Of a DNA stretch of 64,000 nucleotides, positions 56,601 through 64,000 are shown piece by piece. Every line of letters begins with the position of its first letter. The first letter of the stretch is position 1. Origin of the DNA: an uncultured Candidatus Saccharibacteria bacterium (GTDB lineage Bacteria; Patescibacteriota; Saccharimonadia; Saccharimonadales; JAGQNJ01). Location of the stretch: assembly GCA_964491925.1 (NCBI GenBank), contig CAZBGZ010000001.1:257621-321620 (forward strand), read 5' to 3'. The notes under the pieces were generated by a model. It was not told the DNA's origin, made no database searches, and worked only from the letters and a program-made list of their open reading frames with translations. The translations under genes and the position numbers were made by a program.

Positions 56601-56785
56601 TCCCAGAATCCAGACGAGTCCCTTGTGAAGATGCTGCACCAAACGAACCTGCTGATTCAGATCGAATAGCTGAAGTATTCAACTTTAGCCCGGAGGCATA
56701 TATGACGCCACTTAACGTCAGCCTGCAGTCGGCTGTACCATTCCAAAAGTACGATTCTATCACGAGCCTACCCCCAGTATTTTAA
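53666..56785 (+). CDS. Large membrane-anchored surface protein, probably pilus-associated
   Basis: N-terminal TM, helical region, Cys/Gly/Thr-rich beta domains, C-terminal 'KLTINGSFIA...AEVFNFSPE...SLPPVF'; directly upstream of pilM. Confidence 0.65.
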   Translation: MKDDTINSESESTTKNSNDGYIGGEPAEINTTIINKASKNKKRTLFVGLAVSIVFVSLGLSLWLISGGLFNQTNNGKLPITIGAVTITQKDVDKYVSAISAIEKRGKNTKVYGNPKQLAIDDLIMNAALRKESFENNQALTDQQIKELYKLPDNVNPSNFYNNKSSYDIDSIQFYESLKKDINSSMLSLDGRIIDQKTLFVVSVPFDTKFFNSQTNQKTLKQIHTKAKNQLKNEILPLFINGKSREDIIKKVDINSALDVGKNNILYQQKPVTVATSIQNYNSVVGYSKESGVITPTNFDDVGLLPQKFSDQDNADYGIKLQNLEDTNKKTELLENKGDHTAVFTSKTGAYMIMRLENKTDNKYNNWKDFLEIYKKDVAKIAHNQQLSSHIANNKSKAIGGAKRAKDLLTKMPVAHAQQGNYSCNVEIGGLRISGSGNSVKSDVRVTGSNSNCHRYATLAMWDRRNQSGLPLRNQILLGSDTQELDAGHSYVLEVPIPTCVYWQADLLGQQSPTSVTNGNANYVIPPDILVGYMLGGQGNTGAGCQQPTGPECTLTVTPSTLPAGGGTVTVRWTSSHNQSGYIDNGIGELGNVNTPTDRFGEDTTVNVSQSTTFTGRWTADNGGIATCQDSVTVGGVIDVCPNIDGIQDRIPDGLHFDANGDCVGPTTRPPPTFKPYLRVYGNDVIVGSAFSDTETCGTNSSARIRAFTHSAIEGGRRISTGSSGQYGVFDYAGVQDPDNSGLANGIENFFSDNLRSKASVQTGYGWLTYGAANDLTFGNYYVARPMPDPRHPGQEIVYGGRVGGYGGQSGILHCIPDYYKRVTETGRAAIPGGTMSAVAPTLASPIDDGQREVVVVNGNLYIDKNIEYKNADTVNGWSSIDKIPSVVVIVKGNISISPDVTRLDGIFVAQPDDSNNKGEIYTCGDSTGPLDLQRGGRDVISEICRKKLTINGSFIAKKAVFYRTNGSVLCPDNQNTVFPESRRVPCEDAAPNEPADSDRIAEVFNFSPEAYMTPLNVSLQSAVPFQKYDSITSLPPVF

Positions 56786-56846
56786 TCAAAAAGAACAAAA
56801 ATATACTTGCTTTCGACGGTTATGCTTATGGTATACTGGTCATAAG

Positions 56847-57887
56847 ATGAGTTTATTGTCCGGAGTATCTGATTTTTTTGGACTTGATCTCGGCACCACA
56901 GCAGTTAGAGTTGTAGAGTTAAGAGGGGGTGGGCCGACCAAGCAGTTGTTTAAGTACGCCTCTGCGCCAATAAATAGCGCGATTGTTTCTAGTGACGCTG
57001 ATAGTGACCAGCATAAAGTAGCCCAAGTTATTCATGATTTAATAACTACGTCCCAAATATCAACTAGAAATGTTGCCGTAGGCATTCCGTCGTATAAGGT
57101 ATTCACAACAGTAGTGGATATAGATAGACTATCGCCTAATGATCTAGCTAAGACTATCCGACTTCAGGCTGATTCTCTCATACCAACACCGCTTTCAGAA
57201 TCAAAAATAGATTGGGCAGTTATTGGAGATTCCCCCCAGGATAAATCCAAACAAGAAGTTTTGTTGACCAGTGTTACTAACGAGTATATAGAAAAACAAT
57301 TGGATATTTTGGAGTCTATTGGCCTGAATGTTATAGCCTTTGAGCCGGACAACCTGGCTTTAGCCCGCGCACTGGTAGCTCCTGAATCGACAAATCCACA
57401 GGTTGTTTTGGATATAGGCCACAAGACTACGGATCTAGTGATAGTAATGAATGGTGCCCCCAGGCTCACCAGGTCTATACCGACTGGGTCTGAGGCTATT
57501 TTACGCTCAGCTGTACAGAACTTGAGCATAGAGCAGAAGCAAGCCGAACAATTTGTTTTCAAATTTGGTTTAAATAAGAACAAGCTAGAGGGACAAATCT
57601 ACCAGTCTATTATCGGCACTGTCGACCTAATCGTGGCTGAAGTCGAAAAATCTATTAAATTTTTCCAAACACGTTACGTTGACACACCTATTGATAGAAT
57701 TATAGTTACCGGTAACGCAGCTGGTCTGCCAGAGTTCCCACTTTACGTTGCCAATAAAACAGGCCTAAAAGTGGAAATAGGCAATGCCTGGAGAAATGTA
57801 GCATACCCCCAATCCCAGCAAAATGAACTACTATCGGTGTCTAACAATTTTGGAGTATCAATCGGTCTGGCGGAGAGAATAGAATGA
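56847..57887 (+). CDS. pilM: Type IV pilus assembly protein PilM
   Basis: GLDLGTTAVRVVEL and VLDIGHKTTDL actin-like motifs; first gene of the pil operon. Confidence 0.92.
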   Translation: MSLLSGVSDFFGLDLGTTAVRVVELRGGGPTKQLFKYASAPINSAIVSSDADSDQHKVAQVIHDLITTSQISTRNVAVGIPSYKVFTTVVDIDRLSPNDLAKTIRLQADSLIPTPLSESKIDWAVIGDSPQDKSKQEVLLTSVTNEYIEKQLDILESIGLNVIAFEPDNLALARALVAPESTNPQVVLDIGHKTTDLVIVMNGAPRLTRSIPTGSEAILRSAVQNLSIEQKQAEQFVFKFGLNKNKLEGQIYQSIIGTVDLIVAEVEKSIKFFQTRYVDTPIDRIIVTGNAAGLPEFPLYVANKTGLKVEIGNAWRNVAYPQSQQNELLSVSNNFGVSIGLAERIE

Positions 57888-58570
57888 TCCAATTTAATCT
57901 ATTACCATCTGTAAAGATTGAGTATATAAAAGCAGCTAGGACGAAGCGTTTAGTAATCACAGTTGCTATTTTAGCGGCCGGTTTTGCATTCCTTTTGTTC
58001 ATGATCCTATTCATAAACGTTAATGTGATACAAACAAAGCATATCGAGAACGTTACAAAAGACATCAAAGATAATGTGTCTAAATTGGAAGCAGTTGAGG
58101 ATATTGACAAAGTTCTTACGGTTCAAAACCAGCTGAAAGCACTACCGCCACTACACGAACAAAAACCTGCAGCTAATAGAGCGCTTAGTTATGTCCGAAA
58201 ATTGACACCCAAAGCAGCGAGCGTATCGCAGGCATTAATTGACTTTGATGAGTCTACAATTAGCATTGATGGTACGGCGAACTCTCTTGTAACAGTCAAT
58301 AAGTTCGTTGATACGTTGAAGTTTACAAAATATACTGTGGAAGGCGGTGATGATCAGAAAAATGCATTTTCAGAAGTGGTGCTAAATACATTCAGTATCA
58401 ATGACGGCGGGGCCACATTCCAAATCAAATTAAAATTTGATCCAGTTATTTTTGACAATACTAAAGACGCGCAGCTAATTGTACCGAGCATTATATCTAC
58501 CAGATCACAAACAGAAAAACCAACCGATCTGTTCAAGGCGCCACCAGTTACTAAGGATAGAGAAAACTAG
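57884..58570 (+). CDS. pilN: PilN-like protein
   Basis: N-terminal FNLLP motif plus TM; follows pilM. Confidence 0.8.
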   Translation: MIQFNLLPSVKIEYIKAARTKRLVITVAILAAGFAFLLFMILFINVNVIQTKHIENVTKDIKDNVSKLEAVEDIDKVLTVQNQLKALPPLHEQKPAANRALSYVRKLTPKAASVSQALIDFDESTISIDGTANSLVTVNKFVDTLKFTKYTVEGGDDQKNAFSEVVLNTFSINDGGATFQIKLKFDPVIFDNTKDAQLIVPSIISTRSQTEKPTDLFKAPPVTKDREN

Positions 58571-58581
58571 TAAGGAAAATC

Positions 58582-59250
58582 ATGGCAAAAAGACACGTAT
58601 CACAAAAAGTAACCCAAATCGACAAGGCAAACACCACTATGGTTGTAGTCGTGGCCGTGTCCGCATTCATAGTTGTTTTTTCACTTGTAGCCAGTCACGC
58701 TCTTTGGTCCAAGATGTCTTACCAGAGCAAGATCATAGGAGCCAAAGAAAAGGCCAGGGACCAGTTGATAGCAAATATTAATACAGTTGGTAATCTGGTG
58801 GTCTCTTATAAAGCATTTGTAGAAACAGCCGATAATATACTAGGCGGCAGCCCATCTGGAAAAGGCGACAAAGCTGGGAACAACGCAAAGATTGTTCTAG
58901 ATGCGTTGCCGAGCAAATACGATTTTCCGGGGCTGACAACAAGCATCGAAAAAATTCTAAAAAATAACAATAGTTCTATAAACAGTATTAGTGGGACTGA
59001 TGACGAGCTTACCCAGGCGGGTAAAAATGATAGTAATCAGCCAATTGCAATGTCGTTCAAACTTTCTGCTACCGGGACATATGACTCTACACAGAAATTA
59101 CTGGGATTACTGCAGAATTCAATAAGACCAATTCACATCAGGCAGCTCGGGTTGGCCAGTACTGAAAATGGGATAGAAGCAACTGTCACTGCAGACAGCT
59201 ACTATCAGCCGGAAAAAACTCTAACTATTCAGAAAAAGGTGGTTAAGTAG
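58582..59250 (+). CDS. pilO: PilO-like protein
   Basis: TM, coiled coil, ALP, GTY...L..LQNSIRPI; position in operon. Confidence 0.7.
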   Translation: MAKRHVSQKVTQIDKANTTMVVVVAVSAFIVVFSLVASHALWSKMSYQSKIIGAKEKARDQLIANINTVGNLVVSYKAFVETADNILGGSPSGKGDKAGNNAKIVLDALPSKYDFPGLTTSIEKILKNNNSSINSISGTDDELTQAGKNDSNQPIAMSFKLSATGTYDSTQKLLGLLQNSIRPIHIRQLGLASTENGIEATVTADSYYQPEKTLTIQKKVVK

Positions 59251-59251
59251 C

Positions 59252-59503
59252 ATGAAGCAAAAAGATGTTGTAGTCATAGCAGTAGCCATAGTTATTAGCG
59301 GTTTTATTTCGTATTTTGTATCTAATGCCTTGTTTTCATCCCCCAAACGTCTTAAGGCAGAGGTTGAAGTCGTAGAGCCGATAAGTGCTAACTTCAACCA
59401 GCCAGACAAACGCTATTTCAATAAGTCCTCTATCAACCCCACCCAAACAATTACTATAGGCGATAGCGAGAATCAACAACCATTTCAGCAGACGAGTAAC
59501 TAA
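59252..59503 (+). CDS. Small pilus-associated membrane protein
   Basis: Single TM, between pilO and pilB. Confidence 0.6.
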   Translation: MKQKDVVVIAVAIVISGFISYFVSNALFSSPKRLKAEVEVVEPISANFNQPDKRYFNKSSINPTQTITIGDSENQQPFQQTSN

Positions 59504-59517
59504 GGGAGACTAGACCT

Positions 59518-61308
59518 ATGAGTGTCTTGTCCGAAGATATACAAAAACAAGTCGAACAGGCTTTAATTAGCAAAAATTTGCTCGATGTTGATTTGGCGAA
59601 ACGACTGCGGCAAAAAGCTACTGATCAGAGTACGCCATTTTTACAATTGCTAGTAGTCGAGGGTGGTATATCAAATGAACTTCTGACAAAAACAATAGCT
59701 AACGTCACCAATGTCCCTTATGTAAATCTCAGCAACGCAAAAGTAGATGCCAGTGTGTTGGCATTGTTGCCTCAAGATATCGCTGAACTATATATGACTG
59801 TGCCATTGGGCGAGATGCAACATCGTCTGGTGGTTGCAATGCTGGATGCAGACAATATACAAGCCGTTGATTTCCTGTCAAATAAAATAGGTCGACCACT
59901 GAAGGTATACGCCGCCTCTGAAGAGGGCATCCGAAGGGTGCTGAGCCAGTACAAGTCTAAGATAGATCAAAATGTAGCCAACGCCTTCAAAAAGCCAGAC
60001 GAAACAACTGAAACAGAGTCCTCGAAAGAGGCTGCAATAGCACAAAATAATATAGAGTCAGTTGTTGCTGATTCACCAATTAGCAAAGCGTTGTCTGCGA
60101 TACTCGAATATGCCGCAAACAACCGAGCTAGCGATATACACATTGAACCATTGGCGGAAGAGATTAAAATACGAGCTCGAATAGATGGTGTACTTCGTGA
60201 AATAATGAGATTGCCAAAAAGCACAGAAGCTCCTCTAGTATCGAGAATAAAAATTTTGGCTAGTTTGAAGATTGACGAACACCGGATTCCGCAGGATGGA
60301 CAATTTACCGTTCGTGTGGCCAGGCGTGATATAGACCTCCGAATTGCGATATCTCCAGTGGTATGGGGGGAGCAAGTTGTAATCAGGCTGCTAGACAAAT
60401 CTGGTACCAGTCTAAAGCTAGAAGAAATGGGATATATGGGTCGCTCTCTTAAGCAAATTAGGGAAGCGCTGAAGTTTTCTAATGGCATGGTTCTTACATC
60501 TGGCCCAACAGGATCAGGAAAATCTACATCGATGTATGCCTTGATCCAGGAAATTAAGAGTGAAGAAATAAACATAGTCACGTTGGAAGATCCAGTTGAA
60601 TACAAAATGCCAGGCGTAAACCAAATACAGGTTAATAACGAAGTAGGGCTGACTTTTGCTAGTGGTCTGAGATCTATACTGCGTCAAGACCCGAATGTTG
60701 TAATGGTGGGAGAAATTAGAGATAAAGAAACCGCTCAGTTATCGGTTCAGGCTGCATTAACGGGGCACCTTGTGTTTTCGACACTGCATACAAACTCCGC
60801 TGCTGGCATTTTGCCGCGGCTACTTGATATGGGCATAGAGCCATTTCTAATCGCCAGTACCGTTCGGGCAGTTATCGGCCAAAGACTAGTTAGGCGTATT
60901 GGCGATGATAAAGAAGAATACAAGTCCACTCCAACTGAAACAGAGGCTATTAGGGCGACCATTGGTCATTTATTGCCCGAAACTGAACAAGAGGCAGCTA
61001 AAGTTGCACTTGAATTAGGTTATAAAAGCTTGCCACTAAGGGGCCAAACCGCTTATACTTTGTACAAGGGCAAAGACAGCCCCGATGCGCCTGGTGGATA
61101 TAAGGGACGAATGGGCTTGTATGAGGTATTTAATATCAACGAAGATATTCAAAATCTCATACTAAAGCATTCAACAAGTGCTGAAATCCAAAAAGCAGCA
61201 CAAGCCCAAGGCATGATAAGCATGCGTCAAGACGGGTACTTGAAAGCTTTGGCCGGGTTAACAACACTTGCAGAGGTAAATAGGGTGGCGGGAACAGAAA
61301 GCGCCTAG
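59518..61308 (+). CDS. pilB: Type IV pilus extension ATPase (GspE/PilB)
   Basis: ASDIHIEP, PQDG, GPTGSGKST, TLEDPVEY, LRQDP..VMVGEIRD, TGHLVFSTLHTN. Confidence 0.95.
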   Translation: MSVLSEDIQKQVEQALISKNLLDVDLAKRLRQKATDQSTPFLQLLVVEGGISNELLTKTIANVTNVPYVNLSNAKVDASVLALLPQDIAELYMTVPLGEMQHRLVVAMLDADNIQAVDFLSNKIGRPLKVYAASEEGIRRVLSQYKSKIDQNVANAFKKPDETTETESSKEAAIAQNNIESVVADSPISKALSAILEYAANNRASDIHIEPLAEEIKIRARIDGVLREIMRLPKSTEAPLVSRIKILASLKIDEHRIPQDGQFTVRVARRDIDLRIAISPVVWGEQVVIRLLDKSGTSLKLEEMGYMGRSLKQIREALKFSNGMVLTSGPTGSGKSTSMYALIQEIKSEEINIVTLEDPVEYKMPGVNQIQVNNEVGLTFASGLRSILRQDPNVVMVGEIRDKETAQLSVQAALTGHLVFSTLHTNSAAGILPRLLDMGIEPFLIASTVRAVIGQRLVRRIGDDKEEYKSTPTETEAIRATIGHLLPETEQEAAKVALELGYKSLPLRGQTAYTLYKGKDSPDAPGGYKGRMGLYEVFNINEDIQNLILKHSTSAEIQKAAQAQGMISMRQDGYLKALAGLTTLAEVNRVAGTESA

Positions 61309-61332
61309 TAAAAAGGGGAATTTAACATAATT

Positions 61333-62427
61333 ATGGGCACGACAAATACAACCAGTACATCTCAGGGAGAGATAAGAATCGAACCATTACTGGATGAAGT
61401 AATAAAGAAAAAAGCTTCAGATCTTCATCTTCAGGTTGGCCTACCTCCTATTCTGAGAATTGATGGTAAGCTTGGGCCTGTTTCTGAAGCCAACTTGCTC
61501 ACCGAAGAAAGTATCGAGACTTTAATTTTCTCAATTTTAGATGATGATCAAAAAAAGATTCTCCTAAAAGACAAAGAATTTGATTTTAGTTTTGCATACG
61601 GTGATTTAGGTAGATTCCGTGTTAATGCTTTCCATGAGCGTGGCAACATTGCCGCGGCATTACGGCTCATTCCCAACCAATTATTGACAGTAGAGCAACT
61701 AGGATTGCCACAAATTGTCAATAAATTTGCTGATTTCCCTAGGGGTTTGGTGCTGGTTACTGGTCCAACAGGGTCTGGTAAATCGACCACACTGGCTGCC
61801 CTAGTGGATAAGATAAATACTGAGCGATCCGACCATATAGTTACCATTGAAGACCCAGTAGAATTTACCCATAAATCCAAGAAATCTGTAGTTGTACAGC
61901 GTGAAGTTCATTATGATACCTATTCGTTTTCAGCCGCTCTTAGGAGTAGTCTGCGCCAGGATCCAGACGTAGTATTGATAGGTGAAATGCGTGACCTAGA
62001 GACGATTGCAGCGGCTATTACAATTGCCGAGACAGGACATCTAGTTTTTGCCACATTACACACTAATAGTGCGGCTCAATCAATCGATAGGATGATTGAT
62101 GTTTTTCCTCCTCACCAACAACCACAAATTCGTTCTCAATTGGCAAATATACTAATGGCAATATGTTCTCAGCGATTAATTCCGTCAATTGGCGGAGGAA
62201 GGCGTGCAGCTGCGGAAATTTTGATTGCTACCCCAGCCGTAAGAAATATTATTCGCGAAGGAAAGAGCCACCAGCTAGAAGCAGTTATACAAACGGGATC
62301 AGAATTTGGCATGCAATCTATGGATAAAACACTAGTTGGGATGGTTCAAAAAGGTCTTATTACTTATGATGAGGCCCGAAACTACGCTGTTGATCTAGAC
62401 GAGTTAGACCGAATGATGAGGGCCTGA
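61333..62427 (+). CDS. pilT: Type IV pilus retraction ATPase
   Basis: ASDLHL, GPTGSGKSTT, TIEDPVE, LRQDPD, AVRNIIRE, GMQSMD. Confidence 0.96.
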   Translation: MGTTNTTSTSQGEIRIEPLLDEVIKKKASDLHLQVGLPPILRIDGKLGPVSEANLLTEESIETLIFSILDDDQKKILLKDKEFDFSFAYGDLGRFRVNAFHERGNIAAALRLIPNQLLTVEQLGLPQIVNKFADFPRGLVLVTGPTGSGKSTTLAALVDKINTERSDHIVTIEDPVEFTHKSKKSVVVQREVHYDTYSFSAALRSSLRQDPDVVLIGEMRDLETIAAAITIAETGHLVFATLHTNSAAQSIDRMIDVFPPHQQPQIRSQLANILMAICSQRLIPSIGGGRRAAAEILIATPAVRNIIREGKSHQLEAVIQTGSEFGMQSMDKTLVGMVQKGLITYDEARNYAVDLDELDRMMRA

Positions 62428-62436
62428 TAATAGACT

Positions 62437-63654
62437 ATGCTTACATTCAAATACACCGCCAGAGACCCGATTAGTGGGAAAAAGGTATCTGATAAGATTT
62501 CAGCTGAATCTGAACAAGCTGCAACTAAAGCTATCCAGAACGAAGGGCTTGCCCCGATTACAATAACGCCTATGAACGATTCAAAAGGTGGGATTAATAG
62601 GTTTACCCATAGGATAAAAACAAAAGATAAGGTTTTATTTTCTCGACAATTATCTACCCTTATTAATGCGGGGCTACCCCTGGTGCAGAGCTTGAGGAAT
62701 GTTTCAGGCCAAACCCAAAACAAAAAACTCCAAATAATAATCAACGATATTATCACTGACGTTGAATCGGGGCTAGCATTCTCGGCCGCTTTAGCAAAAT
62801 TCCCAGAGGTTTTTGATAACGTTTTTATTAACCTGGTCGCAGCAGGTGAGGCCTCGGGAACACTGGACAAGGCTCTAGACAGAATCGCAAACCAGAAAGA
62901 AAAAGACGCTGAAATTATCAGTAAGGTTCGGGGAGCTATGGTCTATCCGATAATTGTTTTATGCGTTATGGCGGCGGTGGTCATATTTATGATAGTTGGC
63001 GTTTTGCCAACTATAGAGCAAGTTTACAAAGGTATCCCGGGTGCTGAACTGCCATTTGTAACCAAGGCATTGTTAGGAATCGCGCACTTTACTATAAAAT
63101 TCTGGTGGCTAGAAATTATCCTGCTAATTGCAATTGTTTTCTCTACAAGTCGCTGGGCCCGTACGATCGGAGGGAAAAGAATTATAGATAAGTTAAAAAT
63201 GCGAGCATGGCCGATAGGGCGGTTATTTATGAAACTCTACATGGCTAGATTTACAAGGGTAGGATCCACTCTGGTGGCAAGTGGTGTGCCACTAATCCAA
63301 ATGCTCGAAATTACAGGCAAGTCCGTGAGTAATATTCACATAGAAGAGTCTATTGGCCGGGTGATTGAGAAAGTCAAAGGGGGCAAAGCTTTATCTGATT
63401 CTTTGAAGGGAGACCCCAATTTCTTAGAGTTGGTACCCGATATGCTGCATATTGGTGAGCAGTCTGGGTCGGTCGAGCAAATGCTATCCAAAACAGCGGA
63501 TTATTACGAGAGGGAAGTCGACAATGAGATTAAGGCAATATCAACAATTATTGAACCAGCGTTAATGATCTTGATGGGTATAGTGGCTATAACTATCGTT
63601 ACGGCGATTCTATTACCAGTTTACAGTTTGGTAGGGAAGGATATTATAAAGTAG
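62437..63654 (+). CDS. pilC: Type IV pilus platform protein (GspF/PilC)
   Basis: FSRQLSTLINAGLPL, AGEASGTL, AMVYP, GEQSG, IEP. Confidence 0.95.
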   Translation: MLTFKYTARDPISGKKVSDKISAESEQAATKAIQNEGLAPITITPMNDSKGGINRFTHRIKTKDKVLFSRQLSTLINAGLPLVQSLRNVSGQTQNKKLQIIINDIITDVESGLAFSAALAKFPEVFDNVFINLVAAGEASGTLDKALDRIANQKEKDAEIISKVRGAMVYPIIVLCVMAAVVIFMIVGVLPTIEQVYKGIPGAELPFVTKALLGIAHFTIKFWWLEIILLIAIVFSTSRWARTIGGKRIIDKLKMRAWPIGRLFMKLYMARFTRVGSTLVASGVPLIQMLEITGKSVSNIHIEESIGRVIEKVKGGKALSDSLKGDPNFLELVPDMLHIGEQSGSVEQMLSKTADYYEREVDNEIKAISTIIEPALMILMGIVAITIVTAILLPVYSLVGKDIIK

Positions 63655-63756
63655 CAAACCCGCGCAGTTAATCCGCTTGCATTTGTTTCCAGAGAGAGTT
63701 AATATTTAAAGCATAAGTATAATAATCTATGCACGTATAAGGGGGCATAAAACGGC

Positions 63757-64000
63757 ATGAAAAAACTAAAAGAAATAAATCAACAAGGATTTACGATTAT
63801 CGAGGTTATGATAGTGCTTGTAATAGCATCAGTCATTCTTCTGATTGTATTTTTGGCTGTTCCAGCACTACAAAGAAATTCTCGGAATAATCAACGAAAG
63901 AACGACGTTAGCCGTATATTAAGTGCGATTACGGAATGGTCAAACAATAACAATGGGAAACTACCTGCCACGGATGATGAAAAAGTTTCAGCACTTCTTA
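63757..64000 (+). CDS. Type IV prepilin (3' truncated by the window)
   Basis: Translated by hand: MKKLKEINQQG|FTIIEVMIVLVIASVILLIVFLAVPALQRNSR, a prepilin cleavage/methylation motif. Confidence 0.92.
   Translation, partial: MKKLKEINQQGFTIIEVMIVLVIASVILLIVFLAVPALQRNSRNNQRKNDVSRILSAITEWSNNNNGKLPATDDEKVSALL

Noticed and set aside
59967-60605. Long antisense or shadow ORFs (also 1290-1700, 25155-25757, 40904-41476, 62382-62870)
   Set aside because: They lie opposite well-conserved genes and show no motifs.

Overview
Chromosomal window of a Candidate Phyla Radiation bacterium, most likely Saccharibacteria/TM7. This is inferred from gene order, the compact housekeeping set, the type IV pilus cluster and standard code-11 stops. 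The backbone runs dnaG-rpoD, polyprenyl and phytoene synthases, a WhiB-like gene, polA, mutM, holA, rpsT, truB, rpsO, pnp, rnj, ftsK, rpsF-ssb-rpsR, efp, tlyA, crp, ychF and pilM/N/O/B/T/C plus a pilin. A ~17.0 kb integrative element (about 36450-53488) has inserted into the first codons of ychF. The displaced native ychF start (MSLSIGIVG) is readable at 53477-53503, and the element supplies a recoded replacement start. The reconstructed attP has 16-bp inverted arms and lies inside the integrase gene, so excision should swap the integrase C-terminus. The element has three serine recombinases, a helicase-like ATPase, ParB and Fic-MerR genes, and no recognisable capsid or conjugation genes. It carries a complete diversity-generating retroelement: a 659-aa target with VR 46398-46506, TR 46810-46918 (7 of 7 mismatches at TR adenines), an RT, and an Avd-like gene placed antisense between TR and RT. 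All calls come from reading motifs by eye; no database searches were run.
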